Assembly (NCBI GenBank): GCA_024276575.1
Contig: JAJRWY010000312.1
Coordinates: forward strand, 1,161 to 65,160
Source: Candidatus Binatota bacterium
Lineage (GTDB): Bacteria > Desulfobacterota > Binatia > UBA1149 > CAITLU01
DNA: 64,000 nucleotides
Direction: 5' to 3'
This document shows, one piece after another, positions 1 through 8,886 of this stretch. The notes below the pieces were generated by a model, which worked only from the letters and a program-made list of their open reading frames with translations, did no database searches and was not told where the DNA came from. Within the stretch, counting starts at the first letter, position 1, and every line of letters starts with the position of its first letter. The position numbers and the translations under genes were made by a program.

Positions 1-4
1 GCGC

Positions 5-1909
5 GTGATGACGATGTTCGACCAATCTGCAGACGGCGAGATCTACTCGTTCTTTCTGGAGCCGGGGTTGATCGCCGGTGTGCACGGGGAGGCCCGCGAA
101 GAGCGCCGGGAGATGACGCTCGATGAGATCCCTACCGCCTTGGTTCGCGCTGTAGTGGCGGTAGAAGACCGGCGTTTCTTCGATCATGCAGGTGTTGATT
201 TGCGCGGGCTTGGACGCGCGCTACTGGTCAATATCAGCAGCGGCAGTGTGCAGCAGGGCGGTTCGACCTTGACGCAGCAACTGATGAAGAATTTTTTTCT
301 CAGTTCCGAACGCAGCATCAGCCGTAAGCTTCGAGAGGCGGCGATGGCGATGGTGGCCGAGCGGCGTTACTCGAAGTACGAGATTCTCGAAAACTACTTG
401 AACGAGATCTACCTGGGGCAGGATGGCGCCTCGGCCATTCACGGGGTGTGGGAGGCTGCGAAGTTTTATTTCGGGCGCGAACCCGCCGACCTCAGTGTCG
501 CGCAGATGGCGACGATTGCCGGTTTGATTCGCGCGCCCAACTACTACTCTCCCCACCGCCACCCCGACCGCGCCGAGCAGCGTCGCAACGTGGTTCTGGA
601 TCTGATGCACAGGCAGGGAGATATAGACGACGCTACTTATGCGGCGGCACTGGCCGAGAAGATGGATGCCGTAGATCCACCGAAACCCGCTATCGAAGCG
701 CCTTATTTCGTCGATTTCGTGCGCGATGAACTGCTTGATCGCTACCCGCGTGAGGTTCTGACCAGCGAAGGCTATCGGATCTTCACTTCACTCGACGCCG
801 AGTTGCAGACTATTGCTGAGCGTGTAGTTCGCGATAATTTGGAGGAAATAGAACAGGACATAGGCGAAGCCATCGAGCGGGCGGGCGGGCAAGCGCTGCA
901 GGCTGCGCTCATCGCGATCAATCCACGTACCGGAGCGATCCGGGCCATGGTCGGTGGGCGTGACTACGGCGAAAGCCAGTTCAACCGGGCCACCGAGAGC
1001 CGGCGCCAGCCGGGGTCGACCTTCAAGCCCATTGTCATGCTGGCGGCGCTCGGCAGTGAGCATGTCGGCGCCGTGCACATGCTTCCGACCACCAAAGTCC
1101 TGGATGCTAAATTCGAGTGGAAGTACGAAGGCCAGGTGTGGTCGCCCTCGAACTACGAGAACAAGTTTTATGGAGAGGTAACGGTGCGCGAGGTAATCGA
1201 GCACTCTCTCAATTCCGCGACGGCTCGTATTGCCCATAGTGTCGGAATAGTTCCGATCCGTGACCTTGCCGTAAGACTGGGAATGGATCCGCAGATGCAA
1301 GCCTTTCCGGCGATCGTGCTCGGTGGCTGGGAAGTACCTCCTTTCGAGTTGGCCAAAGTGTTTGGTGTGTTTGCCAATGGTGGCATGGCGGCGACGCCGA
1401 TTTCGGTGAAAAAAGTGATCGACCGCAAAGGGGGCCTAGTGGAAGGCCACCGTCTTGAAATGAAGCGTGTGATTCCTGCTGCGGATGCTTATCTGGTCAC
1501 CCATCTGCTTGAAGGAGTAATGGAGCGTGGCACCGGTGCCGGTGCACGGCGAAAGGGCTTCCGGCATCCAGCGGCGGGAAAGACCGGGACCTCCAACGAT
1601 TACAAGGACGCTTGGTTTGCCGGCTACACGCCGGATCTGTTGGCGGTGGTGTGGGTTGGTTTCGACCGCAAGGCGGGAATGGGGCTGGCAGGCTCGGAGG
1701 CCGCACTTCCGATATGGACTGACTTCATGCGCCAAGCTTTGGCGGATGCGCCGCACCGTACATTCGATGTTCCCGAAGGGGTCGTGTTGGTTGATATCGA
1801 CGAGGAGACCGGCGGCCGGGCGGTGCGTGACTGCCACAAGGTAATACGCGAGTCTTTCCTTGCCGGAGAGGAACCGCGGGAGTTGTGCCCGGAACATGCT
1901 TTGTTCTGA
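5..1909 (+). CDS. Class A penicillin-binding protein (PBP1A family, glycosyltransferase + transpeptidase), 5'-truncated by the window edge
   Basis: GT51 motifs EDRRFFDHAGVD and GGSTLTQQL are present, as are the transpeptidase motifs STFK (SxxK), SLN (SxN) and KTGTS (KTG). There is no membrane anchor and the frame is open to nt 2, so the N-terminus lies upstream. Confidence 0.9.
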   Translation: MMTMFDQSADGEIYSFFLEPGLIAGVHGEAREERREMTLDEIPTALVRAVVAVEDRRFFDHAGVDLRGLGRALLVNISSGSVQQGGSTLTQQLMKNFFLSSERSISRKLREAAMAMVAERRYSKYEILENYLNEIYLGQDGASAIHGVWEAAKFYFGREPADLSVAQMATIAGLIRAPNYYSPHRHPDRAEQRRNVVLDLMHRQGDIDDATYAAALAEKMDAVDPPKPAIEAPYFVDFVRDELLDRYPREVLTSEGYRIFTSLDAELQTIAERVVRDNLEEIEQDIGEAIERAGGQALQAALIAINPRTGAIRAMVGGRDYGESQFNRATESRRQPGSTFKPIVMLAALGSEHVGAVHMLPTTKVLDAKFEWKYEGQVWSPSNYENKFYGEVTVREVIEHSLNSATARIAHSVGIVPIRDLAVRLGMDPQMQAFPAIVLGGWEVPPFELAKVFGVFANGGMAATPISVKKVIDRKGGLVEGHRLEMKRVIPAADAYLVTHLLEGVMERGTGAGARRKGFRHPAAGKTGTSNDYKDAWFAGYTPDLLAVVWVGFDRKAGMGLAGSEAALPIWTDFMRQALADAPHRTFDVPEGVVLVDIDEETGGRAVRDCHKVIRESFLAGEEPRELCPEHALF

Positions 1910-1988
1910 GCCGGTGTGTGCGGGGGCGGCGGACGAGCGCGATTTGATGGTGCTGCCCATTGCCTGGATTTGGTTGCCGGAGGTTTAG

Positions 1989-2711
1989 TTGTTTCGAGTT
2001 TGTGACGATCGAGTGGTTCCGGCAGCGTCGCCTTCAGTACTGGCGCTTTCTTGCGCATCCTTCCGCAGGTTTCTCCGGGTTTCGGTGCATGGCCACTCGG
2101 TAGGGCCGGGGCCGGCCGCGTATCTCGCCTGTGGACTCGGTCCCGGCCTGTGCCTGGGCCTGTGCCTGATTTTCGGCATACTCTCGTGTACACCGCGCCG
2201 CTTGCCTGCACCTGCGCCGGTAGCGTTTCCGGAGCCGGTGTCTTCACCGGAGACCGCAGAAGTCGAGGCACCCGTGGAGCCGGTTTCCATCGAAGCCCTG
2301 CGGCCTGAGCCGGAGCATGTGGAAAACTGGGAAGCTTTTAGCAATTCCGTACGGATGTTGCGTGGGGAAATCCAACGCGGGGGCTACGCGCTGAAGATTC
2401 GCGGTGCCGATGAGGCACCGGTGGGGTTGGCAAGTCTGCGTCTTTGTCTCGATGCTTGGGACTTGATTCAAACGGCGGATAACGAGCGCGCCGTCGACTT
2501 GCTGGAGCGAGCCATCAGCCTGGACGGGCGCAACGGTTTCGCCTACCTTTTCCTGGCCTATGCTTATCACCGAAGCGCCCGTTTCGAGCAGGGTAGGCTG
2601 TTTTTAGGGCAGGCTTGGCGCTACCTGCCTTACGATCCACGTGTTCTCGGTGAGTTCGAAGGGCTGAAGCAGTCGATTGAACTCAACACCGCAAGCTCGG
2701 CGGTCGATTGA
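1989..2711 (+). CDS. Hypothetical protein, possible lipoprotein with TPR-like C-terminus
   Basis: A hydrophobic stretch ends in a lipobox-like ILSC (GLCLIFGILSC). A Pro/Glu-rich linker follows, then a helical-repeat-like C-terminus (AVDLLERAISLDGRNGFAYLFLAYAYHRSARFEQG). The start is uncertain (TTG 1989 or GTG 2085). No family recognised. Confidence 0.45.
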   Translation: MFRVCDDRVVPAASPSVLALSCASFRRFLRVSVHGHSVGPGPAAYLACGLGPGLCLGLCLIFGILSCTPRRLPAPAPVAFPEPVSSPETAEVEAPVEPVSIEALRPEPEHVENWEAFSNSVRMLRGEIQRGGYALKIRGADEAPVGLASLRLCLDAWDLIQTADNERAVDLLERAISLDGRNGFAYLFLAYAYHRSARFEQGRLFLGQAWRYLPYDPRVLGEFEGLKQSIELNTASSAVD

Positions 2712-2756
2712 TGAAAGCGGCACGGTTACGCAGCCAAGGATATCGAGATTTATAAG

Positions 2757-3776
2757 ATGCTGTTGTTGGCGGTGGAAAGCTCCTGCGACGATACTTCTGC
2801 GGCTGTACTCGACGGACGCCGGCTGAAGTCCAATGTGGTTACGTCGCAAGACTCACTGCACGCAGATTATGGCGGTGTGGTTCCCGAGCTTGCGGCCCGC
2901 CGCCATCTCGAGAGCATCGATGCGGTGATAGCTTCGGCGCTGGATAGGGCCGGTGTCGAGTTGTGCGAGATCGAGGCGATTGCGGTCACGCGCGGGCCGG
3001 GTTTGGTCGGATCTTTGCTCGTGGGTATGGCGGCGGCCCAAGGTTTGGGTCTGCGGCTCGGCGTCCCGGTGACCGGGGTTCACCACCTGGAAGGCCATGT
3101 ACTGTCGCCTTTGATGGATTCGGAAATACAGTTGCCGCTACTGGCGATGGTGGTGTCCGGCGGGCATACGGCCGTATATTTGCTTCGTGACATAGGAGAC
3201 TATGCGGAACTTGCCTCGACTCGCGACGATTCGGCGGGGGAAGCGTTTGACAAGGGCGCCAAGATGTTGGGCCTCGGTTACCCGGGCGGCAAGATCGTTG
3301 ATGAAATGGCGGCCCGCGGCGATTCCAGAGCTTTTCGTTTTCCACGCGCCGTGGTCAAAGCCGACCCTTGGGCTTTCAGTTTTTCGGGATTGAAAACGGC
3401 TCTATGGAATCAACTCGGCGAGTTGCACGGGGCTTCCAGGCCGTCGGATTCCCTGCCCTTGGCCGATATATGTGCGTCTTTTCAAGAGGCTATTGTCGAC
3501 GTGCTCGTCGACCGCATCATGAGTTTGGCGCTACGCCTCGAGATTCCGCGCCTAGCCGTTGCCGGCGGGGTTTCCGCCAACAGTAGGTTGCGCGAGCGGA
3601 TGAAGGAGGCCTGCGACGGGGCGGGTTTCGAGTTGGCGTTTCCGAGCATGCCTTTATGTACCGACAACGCGGGGATGATCGGCTATGCGGCGCAACGGCG
3701 TTTGGAATTGGGCTTGCCCGGACAGCCGCTGGCCGCAGTCTCGCGGTTGCCGCTCGGACCCGTCCTGCGGCCGTGA
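2757..3776 (+). CDS. tsaD: tRNA N6-adenosine threonylcarbamoyltransferase (Kae1/TsaD family)
   Basis: N-terminus LLLAVESSCDDTSAAV, HHLEGH metal site, VSGGHT, and C-terminal LCTDNAGMIG. Confidence 0.92.
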   Translation: MLLLAVESSCDDTSAAVLDGRRLKSNVVTSQDSLHADYGGVVPELAARRHLESIDAVIASALDRAGVELCEIEAIAVTRGPGLVGSLLVGMAAAQGLGLRLGVPVTGVHHLEGHVLSPLMDSEIQLPLLAMVVSGGHTAVYLLRDIGDYAELASTRDDSAGEAFDKGAKMLGLGYPGGKIVDEMAARGDSRAFRFPRAVVKADPWAFSFSGLKTALWNQLGELHGASRPSDSLPLADICASFQEAIVDVLVDRIMSLALRLEIPRLAVAGGVSANSRLRERMKEACDGAGFELAFPSMPLCTDNAGMIGYAAQRRLELGLPGQPLAAVSRLPLGPVLRP

Positions 3777-3840
3777 AGTCAGCGTTTCAACTTGGTATTC
3801 GCGGCTTCTGGGCGGCATCGTCGACCGGGGACGAGGAGCG

Positions 3841-4647
3841 GTGAGCGCACGGACGGTACGTTGGGGCCAGAACTTTCTGGCCGATCGCAGCATCGCCTGT
3901 GATATTGTCGATTGGGCCGCTATCGAGGGGAAGGCGGTAGTGGAGGTCGGGCCCGGTCGCGGTGCTCTGAGCGGCTTGCTCGCCGAGCGGGCACAACGTT
4001 TGATCATGGTCGAGATCGATCCGCGCTTGGCGCAGCGCGGGTGCGATCTTGCGGCCGGCGATCCGCGCATTTCGGTGGTAGAAGCCGACGTGTTGAAGCT
4101 CGACCCATCGCAGCTTTGTAGCGGTCCGTACACGATGGTTTCCAATCTTCCCTACGAAAGCGGCACTGCCATCGTAGATCTGTTTTTGCGCCGCAGCCGG
4201 GGGCTCGAGCGCATGGTGGTGATGCTCCAGCGCGAAGTCGCTGCGCGTCTACAGGCCCCTCCGGGTTCGCGCAGTTACGGCATCCTGTCGGTAATGACTG
4301 CGTTGCGCGCCGATGTCGAAACCGGGATGGACGTGCCGCCGGCGGCATTCAAGCCGGCGCCCAAAGTGTGGTCTCGGGTTTTGCGTATCAGCCCTATAGC
4401 CGCCCCCCGCTATCAGTTGGGAGACGAAGCCTTGTTCTCCGATTTGCTGAAGAGCGCCTTTAGGCATCGGCGCAAGATGCTTCGCAATACGCTACTACCC
4501 CGGATGGCGGCGCTGGTTGGGGAGGAGGCTGCGGTTGGCGTGCTCGAATCCGCCGGGGTCGAAGCCGAGCAACGGCCGGAGCAAGTTTCGGTATCGGCCT
4601 TTGCGTCGATCTCACGGCAAGTCCACGGCTTGCTCGAAGGGGCGTGA
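3841..4647 (+). CDS. rsmA: 16S rRNA (adenine1518/1519-N6)-dimethyltransferase
   Basis: WGQNFL, SAM loop VVEVGPGRGALS, and SNLPY. The ORF-track start at 3685 overlaps tsaD, so the in-frame GTG at 3841 (VSARTVRWGQNFL) was chosen. Confidence 0.85.
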   Translation: MSARTVRWGQNFLADRSIACDIVDWAAIEGKAVVEVGPGRGALSGLLAERAQRLIMVEIDPRLAQRGCDLAAGDPRISVVEADVLKLDPSQLCSGPYTMVSNLPYESGTAIVDLFLRRSRGLERMVVMLQREVAARLQAPPGSRSYGILSVMTALRADVETGMDVPPAAFKPAPKVWSRVLRISPIAAPRYQLGDEALFSDLLKSAFRHRRKMLRNTLLPRMAALVGEEAAVGVLESAGVEAEQRPEQVSVSAFASISRQVHGLLEGA

Positions 4648-4669
4648 GGGGAGGGTGTAGGGAGCGATA

Positions 4670-5491
4670 GTGCCCGAGCTTCCGGAAGTAGAGACTATCG
4701 CGCGTTCGTTGGCGCCGTTGCTGACCGGTCGCCGGGTGCGGAGGCTAACCCTGCGGGCGACACGCTTACGCAAGCCGCTCGATTCGTCTTTGGCCGAAGC
4801 GGTTTACGGCCGTCGTATTGAAGAGGTTGGGAGGCGTGGCAAGTACCTTCTGTTGCATCTCGACGATGGTTTTACATGGATCTGGCATATGGGAATGAGC
4901 GGTTGCTTGGTCCACCAGCGTTTGGGTGAAACTCAGGCTGCACGCAAGCACGACCATGTGATTGCCGAACTCGACGATGGAGGCCGTTTGGTGTTCAACG
5001 ACCCGCGCCGTTTCGGTTTGTCGCTGGTTGATCGCATGGCCACTTGCGGCTTGTTTTCCGCCATGGGTCCGGAACTTCTCGATGTGCAGGCCTTTAATGG
5101 GCCCTACCTAGCGTCCTGGCGCCGCCGCACCGGCCGTAACATCAAGGATGTGCTGATGGATCAACGCGTCGTCGCGGGCTTGGGCAACATTTACGCCAGC
5201 GAGATACTGTTCGTGTGTGGTTTGCGTCCCACACGCCGTCTTGCACGGATGTCGCGGGCGGCCTGCGATGCTGTGGTCGTGGCAGCCAGAGAGATCATCA
5301 GCGAGGCCATAGAGCATCGCGGCACCTCAGTATCGGATTTCCTCGACGGCATCGGCAAGCCCGGAGGCTATCAGTGGCGTCTGCGGGTCTACGGGCGGCG
5401 GGGTCAGGCCTGTCCTCGCTGCGGTAGTGCTATAAAGTCGGTGCTTATATCCCAGCGTTCCAGCTTCTACTGCCCTCGCTGCCAGAAGTAG
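4670..5491 (+). CDS. mutM: Formamidopyrimidine-DNA glycosylase
   Basis: (M)PELPEVE N-terminus with catalytic Pro2/Glu3, GRRGKYL, and a C-terminal zinc finger CPRCGS...YCPRCQ. Confidence 0.92.
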   Translation: MPELPEVETIARSLAPLLTGRRVRRLTLRATRLRKPLDSSLAEAVYGRRIEEVGRRGKYLLLHLDDGFTWIWHMGMSGCLVHQRLGETQAARKHDHVIAELDDGGRLVFNDPRRFGLSLVDRMATCGLFSAMGPELLDVQAFNGPYLASWRRRTGRNIKDVLMDQRVVAGLGNIYASEILFVCGLRPTRRLARMSRAACDAVVVAAREIISEAIEHRGTSVSDFLDGIGKPGGYQWRLRVYGRRGQACPRCGSAIKSVLISQRSSFYCPRCQK

Positions 5492-5511
5492 CGGCAGCAA
5501 CCGGCTGCAAG

Positions 5512-6345
5512 TTAAGCCCCGCGCACGTCGAGGGCTTCCCGCAATGCGTCTCCCAGTGTGTTGAGAGCCAGCACGGTCAAGCTGATGGCGATTCCGGGAA
5601 AGACGGTCAGGTGCGGGGCAATGAGGAGAAAACTGCGGCCTTCGTTGAGCATGGAGCCCCAGGATGCTTGCGGCGCTTGCACTCCCAGGCCCAGGAAACT
5701 CAACCCAGCCTCTGCGGTTATTGCTCCCGCCAACCCGAAGCTGGCCTGAACCGTCAAAGGTCCGGCTAGCATAGGCATTATGTGGCGGCTGAGTATGCAC
5801 AACGGCGTTACGCCCAGTGATCGGGCCGCTTCGACGTGCTCGCGTTTCTTCAGCGCCAGCACTTCGCCGCGGACCAAGCGAGCGTAGCCCGTCCATCCGA
5901 TCAGACTCAAGGCTAGCACCACGTTGACCAGCGACGGGCCCAGCACTGCGCTCATTGCGATTGCCAGCAGTATCCCGGGGAAGGCCATCAGTATGTCGAT
6001 GAAACGTGAGATCCAGAAATCGACCGCAGCTCCGGCATAGGCTGATATGGCGCCGACGGAAACTCCGATAAGCAATGAAAAACTAATAGTTAGCAGTCCA
6101 ACGTAAAGGGATACACGAGCCCCGTGCAGGAGCCGGCTAAGTTGGTCCCTGCCCAGCTTGTCCTGCCCCAACGGATGCTCGATGGAGGGTGGCGCGAGGT
6201 TCTCCGCGAGTTGTTGGCGGTCGGGCGGGTAGGGCGCGAGCAGGTCCGCACCGATCGCGGCGGTGCATAGTATCGCGATTACTGCCGATCCGAAGGCAAT
6301 GCCACGCCGGCGAGCCCTGCCTTTGTTTTCAGTCGGAGTCGTCAA
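5512..6345 (-). CDS. ABC transporter permease, peptide/nickel type (DppC/OppC-like)
   Basis: Multi-TM BPD-type permease with EAA loop EAARSLGVTPLCILSRHIMP. It overlaps the upstream permease gene by 17 nt. Confidence 0.85.
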   Translation of the reverse strand: MTTPTENKGRARRRGIAFGSAVIAILCTAAIGADLLAPYPPDRQQLAENLAPPSIEHPLGQDKLGRDQLSRLLHGARVSLYVGLLTISFSLLIGVSVGAISAYAGAAVDFWISRFIDILMAFPGILLAIAMSAVLGPSLVNVVLALSLIGWTGYARLVRGEVLALKKREHVEAARSLGVTPLCILSRHIMPMLAGPLTVQASFGLAGAITAEAGLSFLGLGVQAPQASWGSMLNEGRSFLLIAPHLTVFPGIAISLTVLALNTLGDALREALDVRGA

Positions 6346-7258
6346 GGCGGATTCGCGGGTCGGCCAGCGCGTAGGCCAGGTCAGTGAGCAGGTTTATCAA
6401 TACGTAAGCCATGGCAATTAGCAACACGCAGCCCTGAACCAGGGGGTAGTCGCGTGTTTGAATGGCTTCGAGAGTGAGGCGGCCGATGCCCGGCCATGCG
6501 AAGATAGTTTCGGTGATCACGGCGCCGGCAAGTAGCGAACCGAACTGAAGGCCGAGCAGTGAGATGAGCGGCGTAAGTGCGTTCGGGAAGGCATGGACCA
6601 GGATGATACGCCGCCGGGTCAAGCCCTTGGCCGCTGCGCTACGAACGTATTCTTCCTGCAACGATTCGAGTACCGCGGCGCGGGTCATGCGGGTCAGTAT
6701 CGCCGCCATCGATGCGCCTAAGGTCAGTGCCGGCAGTATCAGGTGCTGTGGGCTACCGTTGCCGGAAACGGGCAGCCACCCCAGTTCGATCGAGAAAGCC
6801 ATTATGAGCATCGGTCCCAGCCAGAAGTTGGGAATCGCTACGCCCAGGAGGCTTATTCCAAGCGTGATTCTGTCGCTGGGCGAATGTGGCCGGGCGGCCG
6901 AAAGTAAGCCGAGCGGTAGCGCGATCAACACTGCGAATGCGCCCGCGGCCAAGCTCAATCGCAGGGTTGCGGGGAAGCGCTCGGCTAGCAGTTCACGCAC
7001 CGGACGTCCGCTGTGCACCGACTCCCCGAGATCTCCGCGTGCAAGGCCGCTGAGGAAAGTCCCGTATTGCACGAGTAGCGGGCGGTCGAGCCCGAGCTTC
7101 TCGCGCAGTTCCTGGCGATCCGCGTTGGCGGCGCTCTCGCCGAGCATGATGTCGACGGGATCGCCGGGAATGAGATGGAGCAGGAGAAACACCACGCTGG
7201 CCACGCCGATTATGGTGGGCACGAAGAATGCAAGACGTTTAGTTAGGTAACTTGACAC
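6329..7258 (-). CDS. ABC transporter permease, peptide/nickel type (DppB/OppB-like)
   Basis: Typical N-terminus YLTKRLAFFVPTIIGV, LIPGDP, and EAA-like loop YVRSAAAKGLTRRRII. GTG 7258 is preferred over the ORF-track start at 7318 (uncertain). Confidence 0.82.
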   Translation of the reverse strand: MSSYLTKRLAFFVPTIIGVASVVFLLLHLIPGDPVDIMLGESAANADRQELREKLGLDRPLLVQYGTFLSGLARGDLGESVHSGRPVRELLAERFPATLRLSLAAGAFAVLIALPLGLLSAARPHSPSDRITLGISLLGVAIPNFWLGPMLIMAFSIELGWLPVSGNGSPQHLILPALTLGASMAAILTRMTRAAVLESLQEEYVRSAAAKGLTRRRIILVHAFPNALTPLISLLGLQFGSLLAGAVITETIFAWPGIGRLTLEAIQTRDYPLVQGCVLLIAMAYVLINLLTDLAYALADPRIRLDDSD

Positions 7259-7575
7259 TGTCGTTCCCGGCGTTGGCTGAGAGGGTGGCGGTGCCCGGCG
7301 TGTCACTACTCGTTCCATTGCCGGCGCCAGCGCGTGTGACTAGTGATTCCCACGCCGCCGCTTTCGTTTATGATACAGGAATTGCGCCTGGGTGTTCGGG
7401 TGTTGCCGCGCTAGGCCGGGACCGGCCATTGATCGCCGGGCTTGGCGTGCCGGACCTCGCGCCGCGTCCCTGCCGCCGAGCCGGCGGCTGCGTGGCAGAC
7501 CTGGAGACGTCGAGAGGGCGATGCGCGCGGGCCCGCGGTTCTTGAACGCGATTCGCCGGGCGCTCGAAGATAGCT

Positions 7576-8886
7576 GTGGAAGGACTCACTAAGTTTTTGT
7601 TCGAAGATCTGTGGAGCGCCGGCATGACCGGTGCTTCAAGGTTCAGCCGTTGGGCGATACAGGCTCTGCGTGTCGCGGTGTTGACGGTCGAGGGCTTTCT
7701 CGACGATCTTTGTTTGTTGAGAGCCTCCGCGCTTACTTACGCGTCATTGATGGCGCTGGTTCCGGTTTTGGCGATTTCCTTCGCGGTCCTGCGCGGGCTC
7801 GGTTGGCGGGGCGCGCGACTGGAGACGCTGATTCTCGAAAAACTCACCATTCTTTCTCCCGAAGCCATCTCCACAGTGGTCTCCTATATAGACAACACCA
7901 GTCTGACCGGTTTGGGAATATTTGGTGGGATTTTGTTGCTGGCCATCTTCCTTTCGCTGATGAGCAACATCGAGCACTCGTTTAACGCGATCTGGGGAAG
8001 CCCGCCGCCGCGAAGTTGGCTGCGCAAGGCCAGCGACTATCTTGGGCTGAGTGTCGCTGCGCCCCTTCTTCTGGCCTCGGCCACCAGTATCACCGCAGCT
8101 TTGCGGCGGGACGCGTTCGTGCAGAGCCTCGAGGCGACTTGGGGTCTCGGAGGCCTTCTCGAAGCATCGATGGCGATGGCGGCGCATGTATTGGTCTGGT
8201 TACTGTTCGCGTTCCTCTACATGTTCGTGCCTAACACAAAAGTTCGCTTGTTTCCCGCAGTGCTGGGGGCGGTGGTGGCCGGTAGTATTTGGGAACTAAC
8301 GCAGGCGGCCTACATCAATTTCCAGATCGGGGTGGCTAATTACAACGCTATCTACGGTGCGATGGCGCAGTTGCCCGTGCTGATGGCATGGGTCTATGTA
8401 AGCTGGGTTATCGTGTTGTTGGGCGCCGAACTCGTTGCCGCGGTGCAGAACCTGGGTTTCTACAGCCACGAGCGGCGCACGGCGAAGTCCGGCTACGCCT
8501 TGCGCGAGCGTCTGGGCTTGAGCATATGCGCCGAACTGGCCCGTGCCGCCCACGCTTGTTCGCCGACTCCCACGGTCGAAGATCTTGCTCATAAGCTCGA
8601 CGCGCCGGTTAAAAACATTCGCGAAATCGTCAACGATATGATTGCCGGTGGCCTGTTGCACTTCGGGGGTGAGGACGGGGAACTGTGCTTCCTTTCTCTG
8701 GCACCGAGCCGGATCCAGGTATCGAGGGTGCTGGATCTGCTTCGCGGTGCCGATCAGTTGGCGTTGCAAGCGGATGCAGGAGCCGGCACCGCCAAGGTTG
8801 CGGACTTGTGCGAGCAGCTCGACAGCCATCGCATGCAGGCTGTTTCCGGTGCCACCATTGCCGACTTAGCGTCGGAGACGAGCTGA
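7576..8886 (+). CDS. YihY/BrkB family inner-membrane protein with soluble C-terminal extension
   Basis: The multi-TM core (LRASALTYASLMALVPVLAI ... VIVLLGAELVAAV) is typical of YihY. About 140 extra C-terminal residues look winged-helix-like. The start could be ATG 7624. Confidence 0.72.
   Translation: MEGLTKFLFEDLWSAGMTGASRFSRWAIQALRVAVLTVEGFLDDLCLLRASALTYASLMALVPVLAISFAVLRGLGWRGARLETLILEKLTILSPEAISTVVSYIDNTSLTGLGIFGGILLLAIFLSLMSNIEHSFNAIWGSPPPRSWLRKASDYLGLSVAAPLLLASATSITAALRRDAFVQSLEATWGLGGLLEASMAMAAHVLVWLLFAFLYMFVPNTKVRLFPAVLGAVVAGSIWELTQAAYINFQIGVANYNAIYGAMAQLPVLMAWVYVSWVIVLLGAELVAAVQNLGFYSHERRTAKSGYALRERLGLSICAELARAAHACSPTPTVEDLAHKLDAPVKNIREIVNDMIAGGLLHFGGEDGELCFLSLAPSRIQVSRVLDLLRGADQLALQADAGAGTAKVADLCEQLDSHRMQAVSGATIADLASETS

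Noticed and set aside
1624-2271. 215-aa minus-strand ORF spanning the PBP 3' end and the next gene
   Set aside because: It overlaps the well-supported PBP transpeptidase region and shows a Pro/Arg/Ser-rich shadow composition.
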